A stretch of 64,000 bases of DNA from Heterodontus francisci (Eukaryota): the NCBI RefSeq assembly GCF_036365525.1, contig NC_090385.1, forward strand, positions 73,020,065 to 73,084,064, given 5' to 3'. A program made the position numbers and the translations under genes. Shown here piece by piece: positions 1-12,814 of this stretch. Under the pieces are notes generated by a model. It was not told where the DNA came from, did no database searches, and saw only the letters and a program-made list of their open reading frames with translations. Numbering within the stretch: the stretch's first letter is position 1; every line of letters starts with the position of its first letter.

Positions 1-600
1 GTGAGAATTATGCAATGTGCCAAACAGGCAGTTGAACAATAGTTGTTGAGGGTAACTATGAGGAATAGACATGACATTGCATTAAGGTAAGGGTGAGTAT
101 GAGTATGAGTAGAGGGGGATGGTTGCATCAGCAAGGTAAATTGGTGTGAGGAGTGATGTGCAGGAGTAGGCTTGGCAAGGCAGAGTGAGGGTGGGGGATG
201 GGGGGAGGTTGGGGTCATATTCACATGAGGATATAGTTGAATTTGCCATTGCACTCAACTTTCCGGCCCTGATTTGGCCATTGAACTGCTTTTGGCACTG
301 TATCCAGGAGCAAGCAAAGCACCACACTCCTGCTTCTAACCACCTCAGCGATCTCCAGCCACAATTTCTTGCTCTCTGAGACGGGCTTTTTTCTCCTATC
401 AGCAGAGTAGAGTCTCTCCCTGCAGGCACTTGCACAGCATCAGGTCTAGGGAGGCACTTGTGAACCGAGCTGCAGCCTTGCCACATTGGGAATCCATCAG
501 TACAGTTGCTTCCACAGTTCCCCCCACTGCAAAATCCTTCAGCTTTTCAGATCCTTTTTAAATAGTTCAGTTGAAATCGACTGTTCAATAGTTACTGGAA
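1..600 (-). mobile_element. Decayed Harbinger/PIF ORF2 (Myb/SANT-like) remnant; terminal part probably continues at 2915-3064
   Basis: ORF 82..486(-) contains SWIQCQKQFNGQIR, matching PWLQCCKEFNDLIR of the Harbinger ORF2 exon near 26700. A TIR-like end aaaattcaaccc lies at about 3053-3064, beyond the LINE insertion. Confidence 0.5.
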
Positions 601-611
601 CTCCCTTTCTT

Positions 612-2778
612 TTTTTAATTTTTTCTTGGGATGTGGGCGTCACTGGCTAGGCCAGCATTTATTGAATATCCCTAATTGCCCTCAAGAAGGTGCTGGTGAG
701 CCGTCTTCTTGAACCACTGCAGTCCATGTGGAGTAGATACACCACAGTGCTGTTTGAAGGGAGTTCCAGGATTTTGACCCAGCGACAGTGAAGGAACAGC
801 AATATAGTTCCAAGTCAGGATGGTGTGTGGCTTGGAGGGGAACTTGCAGATGGTGGTGTTCCCATGAACCTGCTGTCCTTGTCCTTCTAGTTGGTAGAGG
901 TCGTGGGTTTGGAAAGTGTAGTCTAAGGAGCTTTGGTGATTTGCTGCAATGCATCTTGTAGATAGTACACACTGCTGACATTGTGCGTCGGTGATGGAGG
1001 AAGTGAATGTTGAAGGTGGTGGACGGGATGCCAATCAAGCGGGCTGCTTTGTCCTGGATGGTGTCGAGCTTCTTGAGTGTTGTTGGAGCTGCACCCATCC
1101 AGGCAAGTGGAGAGTATTCCGTCACACTCCTGACTTGTGCCTTGTAGACGTGGACAGGCTTTGGGGAGTCAGGAGGTGAGTTACTCACTGCAGGATTCCT
1201 CGCCTCTGATTTTCTCTTGTCGCCATGGTATTTATATGGCTACTCCAGTTCAGTTTCTGGTCAATTGTAACCCCCAGGATGTTGATAGTGGGGGATTCAG
1301 TGATTGTAATGCCGTTGACTATCAAGGGGAGATGGTTAGATTCTCTCTTGTTTGAGATAGTCATTGTCTGGCACTTCTGTGGTGGGAAGGTTACTTGCCA
1401 CTTATCAGCCCAAGCCTGGATATTGTCCAGGTCTTGCTGCATTTCTACACAAACTGCTTCAGTATCTGAGGAGTCACGAATGGTGCTGAACATTGTGCAA
1501 TTATCGGCGAACATCCCCACTTCTGACCTTATGATTGAAGGAAGGTTATTGATGAAGCAGCTGAAGATGTTTGGGCCTAGGACACTACCCTGAGGAACTC
1601 CTGCAGTGATGTCCTGAAGCTAAGGTGATTGACCTCCAACAACCACAACCATTTTCCTTTGCACTAGGTATGACTCCAACCAGCAGGGAGTTTTCCCCCT
1701 GATTCCCATTGACCTCAGTTTTGCTAGGGCTCCTTGGTGCCATACTCTGTCAAATGCTGCCTTGATGTCAAGGGCAGTCACTCTCACCTCACCTCTTGAG
1801 TTCAGCTCTTTTGTCCATGTTTAAACCAAGTCTGTAATGAGGTCAGGAGCTGAAAGGCCCTGGCGGAATCCAAACTGAGCGTCAGTGAGCAGGTTATTGC
1901 TGAGCAAGTGCCGCTTGATAACACTGTCAATGACACCTTCCATCACTTTACTGATGATGGAGAGTAGACTGATGGGGCAGTAATTGGCTGGGTTGGATTA
2001 GTCCTTTTTGTTTGTACAAGACATACCTGGACAATTTTCCACATTTCCGGGTAGATACCAGTGTTGAAGTTGTAACTGTACTGGAACAGCTTGGCTAGGG
2101 GCGTGGCAAGTTCTGGGACACATGTCTTCAGTACTATTGTTGGAATGTTGTCAGGGCCTATCGCCTTTGCAGTATCCAGTGCCTTCAGTTGTTTCTTAAT
2201 ATCTCGCAGAGTGAATTGAATTGGCTGAAGGCTGACATCCGTAATGCTGGGGACTTCAGGAGGAGGCCGAGATGAATCATCCACTTGGCATTTCTGGATG
2301 AAGATTGTTGGAAATGCTTCAGCCTTATCTTTTGCACTGATGTGCTGGACTCCCCCATCATTGAGGATGGGGATATTTGTGGAGCCACTTCCACCAATTA
2401 TTTGTTTCATTAAACATGTTCATGACTGGATGTGGCAGGACTGCAGAGCTTACATCTGATCCATTGGTTGTGGGATTTCTTATCTATCGCATGTTGCTTA
2501 TGCTGTTTGGCACGCAAGTAGTCCTGGGTTGCAGCTTCACCAGGTTGACACCTAATTTTTCAGTATGCCTGGTGCTGCTCCAGGCATGCCCTCTTGCATT
2601 CTTCATTGAAGCAGGGGTGATCCCCCGGCTTAAAGGTAATGGTAGAGTGGGGGATATGCCAGGCCATGAGGTTGCAGATTGTGGTTCAGTACAATTCTGC
2701 TGCTGGTGATGGCCCACAGCACCTCATGGATGCCCAGCTTTGCATGCAAAATTGTTCAAAATCTATCCCATTAAGCAC
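612..2778 (-). mobile_element. CR1/Zenon-like LINE, copy A (5'-truncated; RT and 3' end)
   Basis: Frameshifted RT pieces KAIGPDNIP, MFADNCTMF and YKAQVRSVTEYSPLAW..IQDKAARLIG. The 3' tail reads gggcaattagg..gccagtgacgcccacatccc plus an A-rich end on the minus strand. Confidence 0.9.
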
Positions 2779-2913
2779 TGTGGATGTACCTATACTAGGT
2801 GGACTGCAGCAGTTCAGGCAGCTCATCACCGCCTACTCAAGGGCAATTAGGAATGGTCAACAAATGTTGGCCTTACCAGCGATGCTCACCTCCCAGGAAC
2901 AAATAAAAAAAAA
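2773..2913 (+). mobile_element. 3'-tail fragment of the same Zenon-like LINE family
   Basis: caagggcaattaggaatgg..ccagcgatgctcacctccc followed by an A-run; inverted relative to 620-750. Confidence 0.8.
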
Positions 2914-3109
2914 CTCATGCAGGTTGTCATCATGCCTGTTCATGCTAATTAGTTGGTAAAATTGGAAGTCAGATACAAATGTAGTGGCTGGAACTACTTC
3001 CGGTTTCCACATTCACTACTGGTCACTCCTGCTGCTAATGGGTCAAAGCATTAAAATTCAACCCATTGTATAAAAATTTGCCGTTCTGAACTGAAAACAA
3101 CCATCCCAT

Positions 3110-3875
3110 CCTAATCAATCACCTCTTCATCCTGTCTCAACAGAGCCAGAGTTCCGCCAGCAATAGTTTCTCCTCAATCATGTTGCCATCAGTTCCAGAG
3201 TTTCCCAAGGGTTCATCCTTGGCATGTCCTATTCCTCACATGCCCATCCTCAGTGACATTGCCATAGCAATAAGATCAGATTCCAAATGTATGCTGATGG
3301 CCCTGATTATTACCTCGCCTCCACTTAGCTCATCCCCATGACCACCACAATCACTACCAAACAGTTTGTCTGACATCAGGTTGTGGATGAGTCGGAATTT
3401 CCTCCAGTGTAACACTGGGAAAATTCAAGCCATCTTTTTTGACCTCTCACCAAAACACCACTTCCTTTCCAGAGATTCAAACATTTCCTGGATGCTTGTT
3501 CCGCTAAATCATTTCACGCAAGCTTAACATTCTGCTGGTTCCAGAGAAAAGCTTCAAGCCCATATCCTAAAATGTTACCTACGACCTTCGCACTATTATC
3601 CAGCTCCACCCATACTCTTATGTTATGTTGTTGAATTATTTTTCCACATTCTCATTACCTTTAAACTTAATTTCCATAATACCCACTTCACCTGCCTCTG
3701 TTCTTAAACTCCATCATCTCCTTACTTCTCACTTCACTTTTAAAAACCTTCCAAAATCCTAACTCTTTAGTTAATTCTTGGTATTTTACCACTATGACTC
3801 AATATCCATTACTTTCTTCCAATGTGAATTGCTTGAGACTTTTTTCCAAGTTAAATATACTAAATAAAAGCAAAT
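3110..3875 (+). mobile_element. Highly decayed L2 LINE RT/3' remnant
   Basis: Relic motifs cccaagggttcatccttggc (PQGS.LG-like) and tatgctgatg (YAD); degenerate L2-type tail near 3825-3875. Confidence 0.55.
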
Positions 3876-3885
3876 TGGTAGATTC

Positions 3886-5052
3886 TATGGGATTGGAATT
3901 CCTCCCCCCCCCACCCCCCCCCCCAACAACTGGACTTTAAAACCGGACTTTGTGCAGTATGGGGAAGGAACTGCAGCCCCCACGGACACTAGTACTGTGA
4001 ATAAGAGCCAAACCTCAACACAAAGCACACAGAGGCAGGCTGCATTCCGATGGGTCAATTTTCAAACATCCCAACATCACAACGGAACAGATACTGTTAA
4101 AGGACTGGAATTTGGGACATCATCATAACAGTGACACCGCATAACTGCCATCATGTTAAGTGATTGGGCAGGCCATTGTTACAATTAACTGGCCCCAGAG
4201 CACTGCATTCACTCCTGTCCAGACAGAAGAGAAACCTCTTTCATGGATATTAGCTTTGGAGCCTGGATTACCTCACCTTGGTGGAGTTCATTGTTCTCAG
4301 TCAGAGAAATCACATCAGCACTAAATGGATCTGTCTGATGGTTTCAGGAGATGTGATTATGATATTTCAATAAGGATCATCATAAAAAGGACAAGATTGA
4401 AGGGTTTGGCACTGCAGTTATGTGAAGAAGAACAGGGGACTGGTCATCTCAGGTTCAGGCCTACAATCAACATTGGCAATGACTAGCTGTGTGGGTGATT
4501 GTAAGTTTTTCAGTCAAATCTTGAAGGGGTTTGTACTGTGGGGGCTGCAGTCAAAAAGGAGGGTCAGGAATGGTCAACCTGGCTTGTGGGCCTACAATTC
4601 TCAGCGGAAGGACTAACTGCATGGAGGATTGGAAGTTATAAGTAATTATTTGGAGCTGAGAGTTATAAAAGAATTTCAAGTGCAGCAACCAAATCCTGGG
4701 AGGATTTGTGTTTTGAATTGAGTGAATTTGGGGCAGAATCCCACAATTTGGGGCAGGCGGTTTTGCCTGTGTTTTTTTCAAAAACGTTTATTTTATAAGT
4801 CATGGGGACTTGTGTGTTTGGCTGAGCACTGAGGTTAAATCGCGGAGGGATTTAAATCGGACTAACCAATCAAGTGTCGTATGCTGTCCTTGAAATTAGT
4901 TTAGAGGTTTTTGGAACAGGGTGTGAGGAGGGTTTTTTTCAAATAAACAAATTTGTGGTTCAACCTAACCCGATGTCATATGCAATTTTGTTCTTGTAAT
5001 TCCCAAAGTCCAAGAACTGTAGTAAGGGGGTACGGGAACAGAAACTCTTACA
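3886..5052 (+). mobile_element. Solo LTR
   Basis: Ends TA(TG-derived)...CA; 4-bp TSD attc at 3882-3885 and 5053-5056; TATA-like cataaaaa near 4381 and aataaa near 4942. Confidence 0.65.
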
Positions 5053-7234
5053 ATTCTACCACATAGTACCACTTGCTCATCCTGTCCCTTTTTTCACCAG
5101 ATTTAGCAAACAAATGTGGTCATCTCTGTTCATTATCATGTCACATTTGCATTCTAGAAATATCTAAAGGAAATTAATGTTCAAAGTCTCATGTAGTATT
5201 CTAGAACAAAATCATATTCAGATGATGCAAAATGTAAAGTGTTTACAATTTCTTTCTTCAGTGCACCTGGATGATTTAGGTACTTCACAACCAAGAGCAA
5301 ACTCTTCAAACTCAAAAGAACATGAATCGAACAACAAAGATAATTTGGATGACTCAGACAAAGAGAAGGGAATAGAATGAGTCAGCATTTGAGAGACTGT
5401 GCATGAAGCATACCTATTAACCTACAATGCGCTGAAAGAATGGTGTTCAGCAGTAAGATTGGGTGTGCTAATTTCTGCTGATCCAGAAAATCAACTGGTT
5501 TGGAAATCTTCAAAGACTTTTATCACTACTATTACTGATTAATGCATGCTATCCTGATTAAAATGAGGCATTTCAGAGATATTCATCCAAGGACACAATG
5601 CAACTGGTTATTATCTGTTCCAGGGTCTTCCAAAGGACCACTCACAAATGTTGAAGTAATCCCAAGAATATTAAAGAATAATGTAAAGCTGATAGCCAAA
5701 CTGAAATACATCAACAATACAGCAATGATTGCAGATGTAAATAAGATTCCAAGAGATTTTTGAGTAGAAAAATATAAGTCAAATAAATTTGAAATATTAA
5801 TTAAAAATAAAAGCTAAGAATAATGATGGTAATGGTAATTGCTAAGAAAATAGACTTTCTAAATATTGACCTTTCAGTGAGCCCGATGGATTGAGTAGGT
5901 AGAGAAAAATATTTACTTAGTTACTCCATTGATGGCTGAAATAGCTGGTTAAGTTATTTATTACATGCAGAAGAGGAGTTGAACACCATGGAGAAAATTT
6001 ATGCAAACATGCACTAAATTGGTGATAGGAAATCGAATGCTTCATTGTTATGGTCAATGCAGGACGTAGAAGTTAAACCCTGTACACTGAAGTAAGAGGA
6101 TTGCTGGAGCAATTAAGTTACAATAATATAGATTCATGCTGAATATTAATTAGACCAGAACAATGATTAATAGGAGAATCCTTGAAGTATCACGAGAAAA
6201 GGGAGAAGTTATGAGGCTGATTATGACAAGAAAATGACAGTGTGGGCAGATTATTCAGGAGCCACAGGGAAATATACAAATATACAAACTGGGTGGTTTT
6301 ATTTTAATAAAAAAAGTCAACAGATAAAACTCTCCGGCAAACAAAGGCAGTGGAGGGAGGCCACCACCACCCAGTAAACGGGTCCTGGAACAAGCAGAGA
6401 TCGGCAGCCGCCAGCCTCTCAATCCGGTGCCAGGGAGGAGGGTGATTGGGGGTGGGGGGGGAAGGGAGATTATCTACAAAAAATTACATTAATTGATCAA
6501 GAGGCATCTAATGGAAAACATGGCTATGGAATGGGCAGGTGTAACATCACTGGCTGTTATAATGCATATGAGAGATGAGAAATGATGGAGTGCATTGATC
6601 ACCAACCTCCAGAATATATATAGAGAGATATTTGTAACATTTCTGACTGTATGAGAAAAAAGTCAGTTTAAGTATAAGGAACATTTTCCCACTTATACTA
6701 ACAATGTTTTTTTTCACAAAGCAAATGGATGAAGGTTTACTGGACCCAGAGAGAAAGCATATTAGGAGAATTGATCCACAGTCTGATGCAGAGTACTTCA
6801 CCATGGCGCATGATCAAAGTTAATGGAAAGCTTACATTGTCTGTTCATACCAACATAAACTATTTGAGATTCTTCGTTCACTTCTGGGCCCTTTGGAATT
6901 CATCCTGGATATGTTGAACCAACTACAAACCTTCTGTTATTGTTATTGATATTAAGTAGGTCTTCTTTCTTGCAGCGAGTAGCACCACAAGAACATCAGA
7001 AAATCCAGATAAAATCTTAATCAGAGCTATATATATCATGATTGGTCGACATACTTGGTCCATTACTAGGGAGGTAGTCATAGAACTATAGCAATTTACA
7101 CCATTACATCATTTGACCCATTGAATTTGTGACAGCTGTTTATGAGAACAATTCAAATTAATGCCGTTACTTTGCTATCTCCCCATAGTCTTGTATTTTG
7201 CTCAGTTTCATATATTTCTCCAATTTATCCAAGG

Positions 7235-7935
7235 AAACATTTTACAATTGGTGGGATGTGGCAAAAAGTCGCGTTCCCGAGGGATTTCTAATGAGGCCTC
7301 AACTTTTCGCCTTATATATTAATGATTTGGCTGAAGGAATAAGGAGCTGTATGACCAAGTTTGCAGATGATACTAAGTTAGGAGGCATAGTAAATTGTGT
7401 GGATGGGATGAGGAAAATACAAAAGTAAATAAATTAAGTAAGTGGATAAAACTATAGAAGATAGAATTCAGTGTGGGGAAGTGTGAGGTCATCCCATTGG
7501 ATTTGAGAATGTCAGGTCAGAATATTTTCTGAATGGGTAGAGACCAGGAGATTTGGAAGGGCAAAGATATTTAGGTGTCCATGTACCCAAATAGCTAAAA
7601 GTTACTGCACAGATACAAAAAGTAGTCAAAAAGGCTAATTGGAATGTTGACCTTTAGCTCAAGGGTTTGGAATTCAAAAGTGAGGAAGTGATACTTCAGT
7701 TATACAGAGCCATGGTTAGGCTTTATCTGGAGTATTGCGTTCAGTTTTGGGGACCATATTTAGGGAAGATGTATTGGCCTTGGATGAGGGTGCAGAGCCG
7801 ATTCACCAGAATGATACCAGATCTTAACCAGTTAAAATTATGGGGACAGGTTTTATGAACTTGGCTTTATTCTCTTGAGTTTAGAAGGTTGAGGGGGTGA
7901 TCTAATTGAGTACTTAAAATGATTAAGGGATTCTA
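7235..7935 (+). mobile_element. CR1 LINE RT C-terminal fragment
   Basis: ORF pieces YINDL..KFADDTKLGG and LQLYRAMVRLYLEYCVQFW. Confidence 0.85.
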
Positions 7936-7994
7936 CAGGATTACATAATAAGGATTGAAAAATTGTGGCTAGAGTCTCTGCTATGTGCTCTCAA

Positions 7995-8190
7995 GGAGCA
8001 TAGGAACGGGAATAGGCCATTTAGTCCTGTAAGCCTGTTCTACCATTCAATGAGATCATGGCTGATCTGTGACCTAACTCCATATTACCACCTTTGCCCC
8101 ATATCCTTTAATACCTTTGGATAACAAAAAATCTATCAATCTCAGATAAAAAATAATGATTAATCTAGCATCAACTGCTTTTGCAAAAGA
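7995..8190 (-). mobile_element. CR1 3'-tail fragment
   Basis: Reverse complement of the CR1 3' UTR (ggccatt..gcctgttctaccattcaatgagatcatggctgatc), matching 53470-53600. Confidence 0.75.
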
Positions 8191-8450
8191 CAGTTCCAAA
8201 CTTCTACTAGACTTTATCAAATACCTTCTAGAATTTCATATAACTAACATCCATCTCCTGACCACTACTTTATTCACCTCTTCAAAAAAGTCAAGTAGTT
8301 TCTTCAGGCAGGACCTACCCTTTACAAAACCATGCTGGCTCCCTTTGATCAACTGAAATTTTTCAGTGTGTTCAGCTTCTCTATCCTTAATTATGGACGC
8401 TCGAAATTTCCTGACAACAGATGTTAGGCTAAGTGGTCTATAATTCCCTA

Positions 8451-9203
8451 GGTCCAGATTTTATTCCTGCAATGGGAGTCCTGGCGGCGAGCCAGAAGGA
8501 GGGGGGGCTGTGTCTTGACCCTCAATTGTATCCCCATAGCTACTTAACAGCAGGCAGTCAATTAATTGCCCGCCGTTGGGGATGCCTTCCCTTTAAGGGA
8601 TAAGCTCCCACCTCCAGAACTGCCAGCCAATTGAAATGCCAGCAGCTCTGCAGTGCCTGCAGTGCCACTGGGAGCAATGGCCACTGCTGGTACTGCAGGA
8701 AGTCAGACAGTACCGAAGAGAGGAGAAGACCTCTCCACAGGTAAGTGGGGTTGCAATCACCGGGCCCATTCAGGCAGGCCCCAGCGATGGGTTTGGGTGC
8801 TTGGTGAGGATGGGGTTGGGGGTCTTTCTGGGGGGTGGGGGGGGGGTGACTATTGCTCCTGAGGGGGCCCTCCAGGAACCCTGGATTTCCCAAAAGGAGG
8901 GAATCCCTAACCCTGCTAGGAGGCCACCAGATTTTACCTGGCAGCGACTCCAAGTAATGGCAGGCCACGCCACCTTCCATTAAATTGAGATTGATGGGGG
9001 AAGAAGCCCTTAAATGGCCATTAATTGGCCACATAAGGGCCTCAATTTTCCTGGGGTGGGAAGGCCATCCTTGGCCTTCCCCACCCCAGACTAAATTTGA
9101 AGGCTTCGGGAAGGCAACGGGCACTCAACCCCCGCCTTCCCATGCAATTTTATGGACCACCCACTTCCATTCTCATCCTTAGGGGGCCCATAAAATTCAG
9201 CCC
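8451..9203. mobile_element. Non-autonomous Harbinger-type TIR element (MITE-like)
   Basis: Imperfect TIRs ggtccagattttat / ataaaattcagccc; 3-bp TSD cta at 8448-8450 and 9204-9206; interrupts a CR1; homologous to 39807-40581. Confidence 0.8.
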
Positions 9204-9674
9204 CTAGTTTCCCGCTCTCACCTTTCTTAAATAGTGGAACAAGAAGTGCAATTTTCAATCTAAAGTAGTAGTTCCCGAATCAAGAGAATTTTTGAAGATT
9301 CTAGTTAAGGCATCTGTAAGGTTTACAGTCTCTTCTTTTAAAACCCTAGGATGGAAACCTGTAGGTCCTGGGGATTTAGCACTCTTTAACACCATTATTT
9401 TCTTTATTACTTTATTTTGCTTACATTAATTTGGTGATTCCCTGTCCCTGATTCAATATTAGTTTCCTCTTCCTCTATTTTAAATATTGGTGCAAAGTTC
9501 AACATTTCTGCCATTTCTTTATTTTCATTTACAATTTCGCTATTACCAGTTTTTAAGAAGCTACATTGCTCCTGGCCATCCTCTTTTTCCTAACATAATT
9601 GTAAAGATTTTGTGTTGATTTTGACATCCCTTGCAAGTTTCTTTTGATACTTCCTTTTTGTAGCTGTTACTATT

Positions 9675-12251
9675 TGTGGAATTTTCTGGACTTCGGGGGT
9701 AGCTGGCTCTACAATGATAGGCAGCTTAAAAGCCACTGGCAAAACGTGCCCACCTGGTCCAATAGGAAGGAGGTTTTGTTCCAGAATGCAGCAGATGTCA
9801 GCAGTGGCCTGCCGTGAAAACCTCAGCCTCCTGATGCACTAGTGCTCAGACATGTCAGGAGAGCTGATTGTCTGTCTGTAGACCCTGTATTGGGGGTTTC
9901 GCCTCCTTACAGCTAGATCTTGGTGTCCATCTTCTTTGCACTGTGGACAGATATATAGCTTAGGAGAAGGCAGCTGGTGCTGCTGCTGGTGCTGTTTCTC
10001 TGCTCCTGGCACTATTGGAGGTGGTGTTGCCTCTCCTTTTGTCCCTCATCAGAAAGAGGAGCTAAAGAAAATTACAATCACCAGGGACGTGGAACTGAAC
10101 AAATTGTTGGAGCTGTGGGCTGACAAGTGCCCTGGTCCTGATGGACTTCATCCTAGGGTCATAAAAGAAGTGGCTGGTGAGATAGTTGATGCATTACTTT
10201 TAATCTTCCAAAATTCCCTAGATTCGGGAAGGTTCCGCTAGACTGGAAAATAGTGAATGTAACTCCTTTATTCAAAAAGGGAGGGAGACAGAAAGCAGGA
10301 AACAATAGGCCACTTAGCTCAGTTAGCTTAACATCTGTCTTAAGGAAAATTTTAGAAGGTATTATTAAAGACATTATAGCAGGGCACTTAGAAAAATTGA
10401 AGGTAATCAGGCAGAGTCAACATGGTTCTGTTAAAGGGAAATCATGTTTAACCAATTTATTGGAGTTCTTTGAGGGAGTTACATGTGTTGTGGATGAAGG
10501 GGAACTGATGGATGTATTGTACTTAGATTTCCAGAAGGCATTTGATAAGGTGCCACATCAAAGGTTATTGCAAAAAATAAAAGCTCATTGTGTAGGGGGT
10601 AACATATCGGCATGGATAGAAGATTGGCTAGTTAACAGGAAACAGAGAGTAGGCACAAATGGGTCATTTTCTGGTTGGCAAGATGTAATGAATGGTGTGC
10701 CACAGGGATCCGTGTTGCGGCCTCAACTTTTTGCAATTTATATAAATGACTTAGATGAAAGGATCGAATGAATGGTTGCTAAATTTGCTGATGACACAAA
10801 GATAAGTAGGAAAGTAGGTTGTGAAGAAGACATAAGGAGGCCACAAAGGGTTATAGGTAGGTTAAGTAAGTGGGCAAAAATCTGGCAGATGGAGCATAAT
10901 GTGGGAAAATGCAAAGTTATCCATTTTGGCAGGAAGAATAACAAAGAAGCATATTATATAAATAGTGAGAGATTGCTGAGCTCTGAAATGCAAAGGGATC
11001 TGGGTGTCCTAGTGCATGAATCCCAAAAGGTTAGTATGCAGGTACAGCACGTAATTAGGAAAGCTAATAGAATGTTATTCTTTATCGCGAGGGGAGTTGA
11101 ATCCAAAAATAGGAAGGTTATGCTTCAACTATACAGGGCATTGGTGAGAGCACATCTTGACTAGTGTGTACAGTATTGGTCTCCTTATTTAAGGAAGGAT
11201 GTAAATGTGTTGGAAGCAGTTCAAAGAAGGTTTACTAGGCTGATACCTGGAATGTGTGGGCTAACATATGAGGAATGATTGGACAGGCTAGGTTTGTATC
11301 CTCTGGAATTTAGAAGAGTAAGAGGCAACTTCATTGAAGCATATAAGATCCTGAGAGGACTTGACAGGGTGGATGTGGAAAGGATGTTTCCCTTTGTGGG
11401 AGAATCTAGAACCACGGGTCACTGTTTAAAAATAAGGAGTCACCTCATCTCCTCAGAGATGAGTAGAAATCTTTTCTCTCAGAGGGTCATGAGTCTTTGG
11501 AACTCTCTCCCTCAAAAGGCGGTGGAAGCAGAGTCTTTGAATATGTTTAAGGCAGAGCTAGATAGATTCTTGATAAGCAAGAGGGTGAAAGCTTATCGGG
11601 ATAGGTGGTAATGTGGAGAAATCAGTTGAACCATGAACTTATTGAATGGCGGAGTAAGCTCAAGGGGCTGAGTGGCCTACTCCTGCTCCTATTTCGTATG
11701 TTCATAATGCTAAATTTCTGGTTGGCAAGATGTAATGAGTGGTGTGCCACCATGCTGTGGTGAAGGCTGGCAGCAGGGAAGTGCACCTGAAGATGAGTGA
11801 AATGTTAATCAGGTTAACTGCCTTCCAAGAAGTTGGCAATCAGTTGTCAAGCAGTGAGATCACTCCCTGAGAGAAGGAGTGCTTTGAACAGCAGCCTCCC
11901 ACATGCCCATGGCTGGAGCTCTTCAGTTTTTCTGATCAAAGCCTTCCCAGCTTATCAGTTTACTGAAGAAGCTCTTCTCACTTGCAAGCACCTTGGTGAA
12001 TCAGGAAACAGGTGCTCTGGGTGGGAAATCAGAATTTGGGGGTAAAACAGTACTCGATTGACTTTTTAAGTGTCTTTATTGGTTTCCTGATAGATCATTG
12101 GGGGTTCCCCGCTTGCCTTCAAACCTGCCAAGGGTGAAACCTGGAATATGGCGGGATGATGTTGGGATTCTGACCTGATGTCACTTTTAGGGGATTTAAC
12201 TCCTTGCATGTATCCAAACCCATCTCCCTTTGCCTGGGAAAATTCCCCTCT
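9675..12251 (-). mobile_element. Internally deleted Harbinger carrying the transposase N-terminus, split by a CR1
   Basis: Minus strand 9730-9910 reads RVYRQTISSPDMSEH*CIRRLRFSRQATADICCILEQNLLP..LPVAFK (HARBI1-like N-terminus). TIR-like ends tgtggaattttc / gaaaattcccctc. Confidence 0.7.
10050..11708 (+). mobile_element. CR1 (HER1-like) LINE, 5'-truncated
   Basis: PGPDGLHPRV, YLDFQKAFDKVPH, GVPQGSVL, KFADDTK, WNSLPQKAVEA; CR1 3' UTR ending cctactcctgctcctatttcgtatgttc. Confidence 0.95.
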
Positions 12252-12814
12252 AACTGTTTTGTCACCTTTTATTATTTTTGGTATCTCTCCCAGTTACCAG
12301 TATCCATGCTACTTTTTGCATTTTTGTATACTTTTTCTTTTAGTTTTATGATGTCTCTCACCTCTTTAGTTCTCCATGGCTGTTATTTTGGCAAGGAAAG
12401 CTCATGCCGCTTAGGGGTACAAACTGGTTCTGTATCATATTAAATTCTTTTTTGAACACCTCCCACTGATCTTTTGTTGTTTTACCCATTAACATATTTT
12501 CCCAGTTTACTGTGGATAGTCTCTGCCTCATCCCATTGAAGTCAGCCTTACATAAATCTCAAATTTTAGTAGCTGTTTCACATTACTCCCCTGCAAACAT
12601 GACATCGAACTTGATCATATTATAATCGCTATTAGATAAATGATCAACACAGTTTTAATTAAATCGGACTCGTTACTCATTTCCTGAATCTAATGTGGCC
12701 CACCCCATTGATTGCTCTAGGACTTAATGTTGCAGAAAACACTGAACACACTTAAGAAAGTCACTACCTTCCTGACATGAGCTAGTCTGCTTATCTCATT
12801 CCATATGAAACTTA

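Larger units (their letters stand above)
8196..12810 (-). mobile_element. Old CR1 LINE (EN end, linker, RT N-terminus) split by several insertions
   Basis: Minus-strand CR1 motifs at 8200-8450, 9205-9670 and 12255-12810 (QHGFVKGRSC, YRPLSLTSVV, PGPTGFHPRVLK) resume collinearly across the inserts. Confidence 0.75.

Noticed and set aside
5200-6950. Ancient L1/Tx1-like remnant or host exons
   Set aside because: Only a faint PDGL-like relic near 5880; no convincing motif series or splice pattern.
8558-9124. 188-aa Pro/Gly-rich ORF and overlapping ORFs
   Set aside because: They lie within a GC-rich MITE, have no recognisable domain, and are not preserved in the sibling at 39807.
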